Origin: Chrysomallon squamiferum
Taxonomy: Eukaryota; Animalia; Mollusca
Direction: 5' to 3'
DNA: 64,000 bases
Assembly: GCA_012295275.1 (NCBI GenBank)
Contig: CM022665.1
Coordinates: 38,998,001 to 39,062,000 of the forward strand
Part shown: one piece after another, positions 1-13,400 of the stretch
How the letters are laid out: every line of letters begins with the position of its first letter
Position numbering within the stretch: the stretch's first letter is position 1
The notes under the pieces: model-generated
Databases searched by the model: none
Told to the model about the DNA's origin: nothing
The model's input: only the letters and a program-made list of their open reading frames with translations
Translations under genes and position numbers: made by a program

Positions 1-1435
1 TTTCAGTAATAAATACACAAAGATAAATAAAACATGTAAACAGTAAAACTGGTTTTGAGGAAAATGCTGACAGGCATTTAAAATGATAAATAAACCTATG
101 TTCACAGATTCAATCATCTTCAAATTCAAATAATAAATTAATGTGTTCCTGAATGCAAATAACTCATTGTTTTTTATATAAAAATAAAAATAATTTACAT
201 TAAGTTTCAATAAAAAAATTAAAAAAATTTCTAAGGATATTGTTTATTTTTAAATTTTTAGACAAAACTTTTAAAAAATGTAATCAGGTTGTTACTTATT
301 ATTTTTTGGCTTAAAAGTTCCAGGTAAATTCAATAGTGGGCTGTACTTAAAATACACAAAATGTTCCCCACTAGTATTAACTGTACAAGTGGATTTTTAA
401 CAAAATGATAACCAAAGATATATTGTACACTGATAACCAATAATGAACAAAAATATGTATCAATTAGTTTAGGCTGAATAACTGAAAAGTAAATGTGTAA
501 GCAAAATTTTAAAAATTTGAAGTATCTAAAATAAAATTATCACAGGTAAGAAAATATAAAATGCACATCTTTAAAAAAAAAAAAAAAAAAAAAAACTGCT
601 GACACATTTTACACAAAACAGGTAACCACTCGAGTTTTCTATTAAATCAGCACTTCTGTATTCATCACAATAAATACTTTAATTTTAAAGGAATAATTTT
701 TCTTAATTGTTTTTACTTCACAAAATTACAAATAAAACTGCAATACATTTATATATGTCTGTGTGTATTTTTGGAAGAAGTAAAAAAACCTTGTTTTCAA
801 TCAGCCATCCATTCTGTGGAAATTTTACAGCAGTAAACTCAAATTTCATTTAGATTTCATTATTGTCTGTTATCAAATTTACTTACTCAGAACCACCCAA
901 ATAACATTTTTAAATTAAACAGTGGTGGCTCATAAATAAAAGAAGACCAGCACACTGCTAAGTTAACTTTTAGTGAATGTAAAATTATTCAATAACTTAA
1001 CTGGTCTGGGCAGTGTTAGGGTTAATGTTTAGTGAACAATAATATTAATTATTTTGGGGATGGTTTCAGATGTTATTTAATGAAATTTATTTTGGGCACT
1101 GTTAGAGATACCAGTTAGTGAACATTTTTCAGTAACCATCAGTTATTGATTTATATATCATTCTGAAGCAAATATACAGCTTTAATTAATAATTACCACC
1201 AACAAATATATAGGATATATACAACAATGAAACACATCTTGATATTCATTTTTTATCTATTGTAAAGTTAATATACAGTTGTAATTAATGATAACAACAA
1301 TAAAACTCACTTTGTTGTACCTTTTTTATATTTCCATGAAAGAGATGCACTGTTTTAATTAATGAGTGATAATGAAATTACCTTGATGCACATTTTTATA
1401 TCACCAGTAAAGACACAGCAGATAATGGAACTCAC

Positions 1436-4400
1436 CTTGATAGTCTCTGCCATAGCCTTGTGATGGATACATGCTCTGTGATGACATCACATAACTCTGA
1501 TCAGTGGGTGTGTTGACACCGTGTCTGTCAAAACAAAACAATTGTAGTTACACTTTGATAATTTAACATTTAAAAATTTCATAAACATCTACTGCTACTT
1601 TATTAATTTAATAACATAAAGTCAAATAAACAATATATTGTCACACTTCAAATGCTACAATATTGCAAATTGGACCTTAAAACATTTTAATTTAATGGAA
1701 ATACTAAGTCAATATGACAATAATTATTTTCGAAACCATAATGATATAGAAAGCATAATTAAACAATTAACAACTGAAATCGTACACTTCATTATTAAAA
1801 AAGTTTTTAATTTTAAAAATCTATCATACCTGAAAACTAAATTTGTTATATTATTTTCCCAAATGTCACAACAATTCTATTTCACAGTGTAAGGGACGTA
1901 ACTCCAAAGAAATATAAATTTAAACATGACAACTGTAAAATAAATCTGTTATATTTCATACTGAATGTCAAACAAATTTTCATTATTACCTGATCATTCG
2001 GATGGCTGTGGAAATATCCTTTTCCCTGTACCCACTGTGAGGCTGAAAACCCAGCTGGGGTCGGTAGTAATCACGATTGCCACCACCACCATAGCCTGAG
2101 TTCCCTTGTCCCCTACCCCTCCCTCGATAACCTCCCTGTCCACTTCGTCTCATCTGTTCAAAATCTTGTGGCTTCAAAACGGGGGGTGGCATTCTAAATG
2201 AAATAAAATTAAAAATAGAAGATGATACATTTTTTTAATTTAAATTTATTCCAGGTTTAAATAACATCAATCAGCAATTGCTTTAAATATATTTTCTGGC
2301 ATTAACTCTGACATGAACAAGATTTGGCGACCCCCCCCAAATACCGATTTAACAAGCAACAATTCTGCAGTAACAAACAAAGAGAGGTGTTTAAAAAATA
2401 TTACTTCAAAGTGTTTATGTAATGTGAACAAGTTAAAAATATTTTTAAAATAATAATAACAGTAATAAAATGGGAAAACTCACTTTGCACCTGGCAAAAT
2501 TTTGGCAGGAAACAAATAACCAACCTCATACTGAGGATCTCGGAACAGAACACTGAAAATGAAAAAAGCAATCATGTAACAATTAAGTTATTTGTCCAGT
2601 TTAACATGAACTATTAAATAATGAAACAAGAAATACCGAGTATTGGTCTTGGTAAAAATATCAGATGCTTGACAGTGATATAAACTTTAAAATAATGAAG
2701 AAAATACAGATCCAGTTTATTATATCTTTTCAGCTGCAACTATACACAAAGAGCCTTAATAAAGTTTTCACTTTTCAAGTTAATTGTTTCTGTCTGTACA
2801 CTTTGCTGAAGAATAACAAATACAATTAGCTTGCAAGGATCCACATTTCATATTGAGAAATAAAATATACAGATTCCTTTATTAAAGAAAAAAAATAATA
2901 ATTTGACAATCACCATAGAAAAATTCAAGATTAATTGAATGGTCTGACTTACCTTATGGTTCTGTTGTCTTTCAACTCCTCTAATCCTGGAATAGGTGAT
3001 GGCATAGAGCTGAAGAAAATTGAAAAAAATATGAAGACATTTATCTTTGTGATGTATTACCAATACTAATGATAAAAATAATGTTGTTACTTATAATTAT
3101 GTACATGTATGTATACATTTACAACTGCATATATACATATAACTATCATCACTACCATTAGCTCAACTACTGTTTGACAAAATAGTTGTATTTATTATCC
3201 TTTCCAAAACAAAAAATGAGAAGGAATTCAACTGCTTAATTACATGTTATGTAAAAGCATACTAACCAATCTTACAAATATAACAAAATACAACTCACCC
3301 TCCACGAAGAACTGCATATTCATCACACCATACAGTACCCCGCATCCCCTGAGTTAGTTTAGCATCAATCTCCACAGGCTGAAAGAAAACACAAAAGACA
3401 CCATGAAACATAGTTCTTTAAAAAAAAAAATATAAACAAGGTAATATATCCTTGTTCCATAGTCATTTAATTAATTAACAATAATCTTGTGATTCATAAT
3501 CACAAATCTAGACAAAACAAAGCTAATATTGAAAGTAATAATAAAAATTTCAGAATTTGTTTTTCTTCATTTGCTTCAGAGATATTTACTTCTCAAAGAA
3601 AAAATAAGTTAATAAATAAAATTACTTCGTGAGTTCCATCTCCTTCATACAGAGCTTCCAAGTAGTCGTGAGCTGGGTGTTTGAATCCAACAAACAAGCG
3701 ATCATTTCCACGAGTGTTTCTCTTTCCTGTAAAAACAAGTTCCACTAACAATGTACAATGCCAATGAAATTTTACAAATCTAGATTTTTCAAGGTGTGGC
3801 AAATAAGAACAGATTTGTTTTTATTTAATTTATTACTTCAAATCTGAAGAATCCTCTATTCCTAACTAAGCAACAGTGAATAATCATCAATATATTTAAA
3901 ACTTTCCTGCAATTGTTTGTTTTATACCTGTAGTAATTTTTGACAGTAATAAAAATAATTATTGCTTCTTTAATTTCTGACCATGACATATTATAATGAC
4001 CCTAAACTCTTATACTCTTGTGTAAATCAATCTATCTATACTGTTACGTTTTTGATCGTGTAAGATCTTGATATATAGACAAATTTAACCATGCACACTG
4101 CTACTTACTCTCTGCAGGTGTAAGATCTTCGTAAACAGACTTCAAGGCTGCCCACAGTCTCTTTTCATCCACAAAAGGCAGCAATGCTACACCTGAAAAA
4201 TTAAAATATTGGAAATAAATTTTGGAATAAATCAATCATTTTAAAACCTGTAACTTAATTAATTATAAAAATAAAAATAGAACGACCTACTGACAGAATT
4301 ATTTTTTTAATTATCATTAACCATAATAAAATATGAAATAAATACTGAATTTCTGAAAAGGGAAGGAGCTTGTCTCTGAATGAATCTGACTCTCCATACC

Positions 4401-7400
4401 AATCAATTTTCATTATAGAGAAAACATATTTGGAGCCATGAATGAACTGTATCCTCCTTTACATCTACTTATAAATAAAAATTAACTGTGACAGATTTTG
4501 TTGGTACAGGTACAGAGACTTATTTGACACACTGTTTAAGTGAATAAATGACTTACCCTGCCAAGCATACTTTTTGCCATTGAGATCAACTCTGAAATCT
4601 ATTGGATAGAAATCAATGATGGGAGATTCCTGGAAAGAAAAACATAACATTATTAATAGTTGTTGTATTCAATTAAAAGTAAAACATCTATATCCATAAA
4701 ATAGAAACAAATTTTATAATTGTTATTTTTTCAATATTGTTTTCAATTTATTTTTATTTAGTTAACTCTGCTATGTTATGAATATACAGAAATTAAAATG
4801 TAGAGATATCAATAAAAAAAAAAGTCAGTAAAATTTATCAACATTTGAAACACAGTATATATCCATAACACTAAATATGAGAGCAACCATTCCAGACTAC
4901 TTTGTATATATAAATGTGTGCACACTAAAACATCAAATTGATGTCAAAACATACTGGATCATCCATGAGTCTCTGCCATGTTATTGGTAAGTGCTTCTTA
5001 CTGGCAGCTGGGAAAACACCCATGAGCTGTTCTAAAGGTTTGAACTGAAATAAAGTAAATCAAAAATATTTAAAAACAGGCTGGATATTTTTCCATCAAC
5101 AAAACATATTGTCATGTATTATAAAGTATAATCTGTCAGATAATAAATACACAATTAAAGTGAGTATTGTGAGGTATAACTAAAATACTTTTCTGAAAAA
5201 ATAAATAAATAAATTTAAAATTAATAATTCAATAATATGGTTAGATAATTAAAACTGGTATACACAAACAAGATTTAAACACTGTATTTTATGTTTTATT
5301 AAGATTTAACATTTAAAACGTAGCAACATACTTATGTAACAACATGAAATATTGAAAAAGCAGAATTTGTTAATATGAATGAAGAAAAATCAAAAACATT
5401 TTATTTGATGAAAAATGTTGAAAATACTAGTTCACAAACTTACAGGCTCTGTATTTCTTTCAAAGTCATTGTCTAGTTCCCCTATATTTACAAAATCTGA
5501 TGCAAAAGGAGCATAGTGGTATGGAAAGTACCATTTCCATGAGGCACAGCCCTAATAAAACAAAGACAATATTAATAATTTTTTTAAAAAGCATTCATTT
5601 TTATACATAAAATCAGGGCTAAAAATTCAGCTTTTTTCATGAGAATCCTCTGATTCTCCACAGTTTCAGAGAACAATTTTATCAACAGTGTTAGTTACAT
5701 GTGTCAGATGTAATGAACTGTATAGAGATTAGTGTATAATAAAACACCCTTACTATTTAATGGAAAGAATAACCAATTTGTCAGCAACAGTATATCCAGT
5801 TTTAAACAAAAAACAGAGAAAGCTTTGTTTTCCTTTAATTTAATATGATCAGCACAAGAAATAAAATGAACTATCTGTAATTAGACTTGTTTTTATTTTA
5901 AGCATTTCTTTCTGTTGAATGTGCTCAACATACAGTAAATAAGTATTTGTAATTGGACTTACATTTCCGCAACCGACAAATAAAAATTATGGATTCAAAT
6001 AAGCAGGAAATTTAAGATTAGGAACATGGTATCTACTAACTAACATAGTAATGTCTGATATAATACTAAACATGGCACATTAAATTACTATATATTGTTA
6101 TTATGTAAGAACTGAAGATGTTCTTTTCGGTTCTCTTTGTTGGCAATTTGGTTCATAGAAATGGGTCAACCACTGCTTGGTTTAAGGACAGACTAGTCTT
6201 GATAAACCACAATGTTCTGAACATACAAGGATTTGAATATATGCTATGCTTTTGAAACAAGTTTAAACTGACGCTTCATAACCAGACTGTTTTTTTTTTT
6301 AATCCAGTAACAGTTTTACTCATTGATTATTCAATTTAATCGAATTTTGGAAATATTTCACACAAGTTGAAATGAATTCGGATGTTTTATGTTTGTGCAA
6401 AACCCTAGCGCAAATCAAGATTCAGAGATTCACGCAAATTTTTAGCCCTGAAAGTACACATTTACAAAAAACAAAAAATAATAATGAAAATTTATATGGC
6501 TGAAATAAAATGAATATTAAGATATTTGAATATTGTTTAACACAATAATAAATTACAATGGCAATAATAACAAAATATGTATCCTGCATAGTGGAAGAAC
6601 AAGAATTTACTAAGACTTATAAATAACTTATTAAGTAAAGAATATTTACCTGGTAATAATACCTGAGAACCCAGCATAATCCTCTCACATAGTGATTAGC
6701 CTGAAAAACAAAACATCATATACAAATATGTTTTAAATTAAATCAGAGGTTAATAATTATTTAGAACAATTTTGTAAACTGTTTGCCTTTCACTCTTTGC
6801 CATTAAAATTCAAATGGTTTGATTTGATATTGTGACATGCCCTTTTTCACATTTATCTGTTACAGCTACAAGTATTTTTTAGTAAATGGTTAATTGTCCA
6901 GCTTAATAGTTTATCTACAGTAGTGCAAACAATCAGAATAAATTCCAAAAGTGTCCACTTTATTGTTTCCTCTTACAACTGAGTTCACCTTTTGTTAATA
7001 ATAAAGTCTGGTACTAAATGCTAAAAAGAAACATGGAAAACAACCATTTTCTGCACTGTTTTACTTGACATTATATCATTTATAAAAATGTAAAACAAAA
7101 TATGGTTTAACCTTCTTGTTAAATTACTAAATATCAGTTTTTAAACATCATTGTAATCATGCTCAGGAGTGACTTGGGACTTGGGTACAAATTACTAGAA
7201 TCTCATGAATCTACACCAGTAATTTCTGATCTGCAGTGAAAACAATGAACAATACCAAGTAATTAAACTCACCACAGTGTGTCTAAAATCCATGTCTTCA
7301 TTGCCAACATCAAACTTTGACTGGTAGTACCGGTCTTTCCATCCATCTTCCCACAACCTGATAAAAACCAAAACAAGCAAATGAACTACAAGTTTGTGAT

Positions 7401-10400
7401 AACACAGAACTTCATATGTGTGAAATTACATTTTGCTTGGTTTGAGACAATAATTATAGTTAAATATTAAATAATTAGCAATTTACTTTCTTTTATGCTA
7501 TTTTTATTAGTTCTGACACACTGCTCTGTGTTAATCATATTAAATGTTTGCACTCAGATTATCTTGAACTTTGCCCTATAAATATATTTATTTTATAAAT
7601 TTTAAGTAATTTTAACAATAAGTCCTGGATAAAATTACTGACTGAGTCTGTGATAAATGTATTAAATGTTACTGATTAGAAGAGATAAAAAAAGAAATCT
7701 GTTTTCGTTATCTGAAACATCACATTCTTTTTCATTTAATAAATATCTCAAATTAGTTATTTATTTATTCTTGGAGAGATTTTAGTTTGTATCATTTACA
7801 GTTTATAATATCTTTATTTGAGACATCCTTGAAGGTTTATAAACTGATAAATGTCTTGATAATTATCAAGTGCCATTATTCAAACATTAATTCTTCAATA
7901 CGTGCAAAGTTATTATTATTATTATTATTAGTTTTAAGAGTAGAATTTAATCACTGAAGTTAAAGTACCTAACATTATCCTCAGGTTCAGGTTCATCATC
8001 AGAGTCCTCATCCAGATCATTCAGCTTTCGCTTGGTGCCTTGAGAATCACCACCATTTGACATCATAGCTCGGAGGGCCTCTGCCGCTGCGGCATTGCTC
8101 TGCATTCTCATGTTGTATGCCACCTCTCGGGGATTGCTGACAGGCCCAGTGTTTTGTCCAATCGGCTGCAAGCAAATGAACATGAAACAGTGAGAAGACA
8201 TGGCAGATGATTTCTTCTGTTTACAGAATTTTAAGTCTGTATGCAGTATTCAACTTGAAATATCAAAAGCAACCTGGCACAAATTTCCCTTAGAAAATCT
8301 TGTACAGTGGAAACTTTATTTTTGATATTTTCATTCCACATTGCAGACAATTTGAACAAGTTTTAAAGCTGACTTTTACCAATTCTGAAAATAAATTCCA
8401 ACATAACATTTTACAATAGCAATACAAAAACAAAATTTGACCAAAAAAAAAATATAGATATATATAAATATGAATAACAAATGTGGTTGGAGCTGATTTT
8501 GTTTAATTTAATTCGCTTCAAACTAAACATCACAATGAAACGGGCAGCTGAAAATTAATTCATGGGCACAAATCAAAAAACTGCTGTCCACAAATACTTG
8601 GTTTGATTTTACATACCAAATAAATGCAACTGACTGAGGACACCTGTGTTGAGAGATTAAATATTTGGCACTTGCAGAAGCAGACAAATTCAACTCCAGC
8701 CAGTGCTTAGGATCACCAGAAATAGTTCTGAAATGATTACAACTGGTTAGAAAAAAATCTTCAGAAACAAACTGCTTTTCTCTTCTTTGGATCTAATCTT
8801 TATAGGGCTTTTTTAAATTATTATCATTTTCTTTTCATTGCTGTTCTTTACATTTTTAAAGATCAAGGGAGCAAAAGTGGTGATTGGGCATTCCAAGAAA
8901 TGTTTTCTGATGAACTGTATCTAAACAAAATAAATAAATCAAGCACCACCTAATGAAAGTCAAATAATTTGAAGTCAGGGCCATAACTAAGTAACTTATA
9001 AAGAGAAAACATTGTAACAATTAGCAATATTCCCTCTTGATATTATGGGGGAAAGTTTTAAAAAATTATAATAGAAAATAAAAAAAGAGGAAAAAGGATA
9101 TTAATAAAATAAATATTGTTTGAATAACATATAAATTGTCCTACACAAAAATATATTACCAATCATTTGTCCATGTTTTAATTAAATAACGTTGACAGAC
9201 AAAACAAGCCTTTGATTACTCAATTAATTTTTCAGAAATACATATCATTTATAATTTTACCTGTATTAATAAAAAAAAAATGTTCTTCTTTTCACTCTTC
9301 CTAATGTTTATTAAGCATAATTTTGATTCTTTTGAAGTAAAATAAACACCTCAAGCAAACAATAGGTTTCATAGTACATTTCACCTGACAAAATGACAAC
9401 AATTACCTGTGGGGCAAACTGTCCTCCTGGCATAAAATGGGGTCTGTTGGCATTTTTCTCCTAAAAACAAAATATTTCTTAAAAATTCTTTTGAAAATGT
9501 ACATTGTTTCCTGTACATATAGGTAATAATAACTGACAATATATAAAAAGAAAATTACTTTTATGAAACAGATATGAAACAGCAGAATTTCATATGAAAG
9601 TAAACTCACTGATATATGGAAATGAAAGCTTATTTTAATTTCTATTTTATTTAAGTTGTGAACATTTAGGAAAAGGAAGTCAACTTTATTGATATCTTAA
9701 AAATTAAAAGCCTGACAAATATTAATACATTCTTTTCTTAAACATTTAAACATTAGACACAGAATTTTATTAATTCATCTTTGAAACAGAAATTATTAAA
9801 TTATAAATTCAAACTTAAATGAAATGTAATATACCCTTTTCAGCCTTTTCTTCTTATCTTTATCTCGTCTTCTGAAATCAAGCTGCAGAAAAGAAAAAAA
9901 TAACACCAATCACTTTAATTTGAAATTAATATAATATGAATGACAATTAAAAATGACTATTACAATCATACAATGGTAATAAAAGAAGCCATCCATTTTA
10001 TATCCATAAATTAAGTAACTCAGATGACGTAGTCTGTATAAAACTATCCACTGACGAAGAGTTAAAAATCTAAACTGCTGTAATTTATTTACACTGAAAC
10101 TGAAAATATCATACCTCTGTGTCTCTCCTTTTCTTGAATATATCATCTTCAACTTCCCCTAGTTCTGGAATGGTAAAAAGAATACATTAATAAAACACTG
10201 TATATCCACAATCATTGACACAGTTTTGTGAATAATAATTTCAAGCAGACACATACTCTCAATACATCTTTAAAAAAAAAAAAAAAAATGTATATATATA
10301 TAATGACAAAGAAACCAACAGGCACCATTTAATGAAATATTTATTAATTAGCAAATATTCTTTTTTCATAACCAGCATCCCATGGAGGAAAAGTGAGTAT

Positions 10401-13400
10401 CTCAGATTAATTCTTATTTTTATTGCTATTGTTGTTTTTAATTAATATTAAATAAACTTTGAAAAGGCATTTTTAATATTTTTAATAACTTATTAAATAT
10501 CCACATTTTATTATTTTGTTAATGAATACCTTTTAAAACAAGCTGAACTCTTTCAAGATGGACCACTCCACTATCACTTATGTAGCCCTGTCAGGAAAAA
10601 AACAAATACTGGTTTAAACATAGATAATTAGTTTTACAGGAAAAAAACCAATACAGGTTTAAACATAGATAATTAGTTTTAAAATATTACCATTACAAAG
10701 TACAAATTGGCACACCTAACAATAAGTATTATATTTGATATATGCCTTCATAAGATCAAATAAATTCTTCATATAATATCCTGTTTGATTCTAATCTTTT
10801 CTGTTTAAAGGTCATTAAATATTTGTAACAGAAAAACAATTTTTCTGAATGCATAAAAATTTTAATGACTATATAATTATATTTACTTACTCCAGTTTTG
10901 TAAACAACCTGTTTGTACAGCTTCACCAGTCTGTCTATTGCACCTTCTCTGTATATAGAAAAATAATAAAGAACAAAAAACATTAATATCTATTTTATGC
11001 TTCAACTGAATGAAGTTAAGACACTGCTTCAATAATACGTTTACATTCGAGGGAAGCTGAGATAAATAAAATATTTTATATTTTGTCAGATACACTTTTA
11101 TGCCAAATAATTAATAAAAATAATAAAAATAATAAAAAAATTATGGCAGGCTTTTCCATCCAGTTATCCTTCTTGGAGTAAACTGATATATTTCATAGGA
11201 CGGTTAATAATAAAATAATATCAAACCCCTTGAAACTTATAAGCAAATGTAGGCACTACAGTCACTAGACCTTCCTCAGTTTTTTTTTTTCTGAACAAAA
11301 TTACACAATATAGTCAAGAAAACTTTAAAAAAATAATAATAATAATAATAATAAACCTAGCATAAACTGTCATTTATTATTTACCTTATCTCAAGAGATG
11401 GTAAATGAGGTAGGAAATCATTACCAACAAAGAAACACATGAAGACCCAGTCATCAAGTGCTCTCTAAAGGAGGAGAAAAGGTGAAGGTTAAAATAAAGG
11501 CAGTTATTAGATTTAACACATTTTAAACTATTTCAATTTCTCAGATGATTGTGACCTTTTTTCATAGCTAAAATAAAATTTGAAAACTACTGAAATATTT
11601 TTAATTCTGTTTATTTCAATTTATACTCTAAAAACCTGTCCAGAGTGCATAAACACAAGGATAATGACTGTAGGTTTTTATTTTTACTTGTCTTCAGTTC
11701 TTCGTAAATTTTTACTTAATATATTATTTATTATAATGTATAAAAATTAATTTAAACAATGTTCAAGTATAAAGATGATGAGAAATGCAATAAGAAAAGC
11801 CTTGTGTTACTTTGTAAAAAAACATTTTTTAATTTATCCTTTACTATTTTTAGATAAACAAAAGCTATATAAAAACATACCTCAAAATCATATTCAAAAG
11901 GCAATCCTTCCATAAAAAGCTCTTTCTCTAAATATTCTCTTAATATATTCAGCCGAATAAATATAAAGTCTGTTTCTGATCCAATTGGCTGACTTATTTC
12001 ATCAAACTGAAAAGAAACAAACAGCATTATTACCAAACACTAAATACAGTAATAAATAGCCAAATATTTCATAACATTTTTAACAAAAAATAACATGATA
12101 AAACTGTTAAAATAATTTTAAAATGAGAAATGAAGACTCCACAAACAAAAAACATACATACCTCTCCACATTTTTCTTTAGGTAAACCACAACAGTCTTT
12201 CATTTCATGACCTTGGAGAATAAAAATAGAATTTTGAAAATTAAACAACATCCTGAAATAGTAGTTTAGATGAAATAAGTCAAATATTTATTATCAAATG
12301 ATGGCATGCATCAATTAACTAATCAATGAATGGCTACTAAAATATTACTTTCACACCAATGTTAAGTTGTAGTTTGAAAAGAGAAACCATTTTAAAATGG
12401 CACCGTTTGATGTACAAAATAAAAAATAAAAATAAATCTGTATACAGCAATTATAGAATATGAGAACCTGTACCTCTCCATCACCTCTGCACTTTTTAAA
12501 CTTAAATATCTTCAAAAATATATTTTGTAGACAGTTCTTGTAATTTAATATTTTTCTTTTGTTATTTTTTTATTCTTTTTTTAAATCCAGTTACTCTTAT
12601 TTGTAAAACACTCAAGCAGCTAGCTATACCTCAAGTTAAATCAGGACTTTTGATTAAATTGATATTTAGTTTATAAATTTAATTGTGCTGAGTGACAGAC
12701 CAAATTTTCAGAATTCAAAAATAAAGATAAAACAGAAATAGTACAATTCTCACCAAACTGTCCACACAAATCACAAGGTCTTGGCTGGTTTGGTTTGAAT
12801 TCCTCTCTGATGATTGTGAAGTATGGCTCATGTGTTGCTAATCCTACAGTACAAAACAAATTATATATTAATTATACATTTGTGTATTTGAGGGGAATTT
12901 GGGGTTTTTTTTTCTTCTTTTTAATGTAAATCGTGTGACTAATATTATTAACTACTTCTTCTTTTACAAAGGTGAAGATTTTCCTTAAGTTACAAAGCTC
13001 ACTGTAATTTAAAAGTAATGCACACTATTACTAAAAATCAATTATTTCAATAACAAATGACTTACCAAGCATGATCAAGTCAGCTGGAAAAGAAAAAGAC
13101 AGGAATTTTAATTTTATATATTTTTTAAATGGTTAGAAAAACAATAATGTCTGCAAAGTACATGTCTATACCTTAATGTTTGTACAGAGGTAGGAAGAAT
13201 TTATTAATTAGTTATTGTTGTTATTATTATGATGATAAACTGAAATAACTGAACATTCCAACATTACATTATTTGATAATTAAAAAACTCATAGTTAAAT
13301 CAGCATAATAACAAGAAAATTCATACGTTAAAAAACGAACATCTGTCAATTAAATTTACATCAGTGAAAATCAAAAAGAAGGTATTTTTGAAAACACTCT

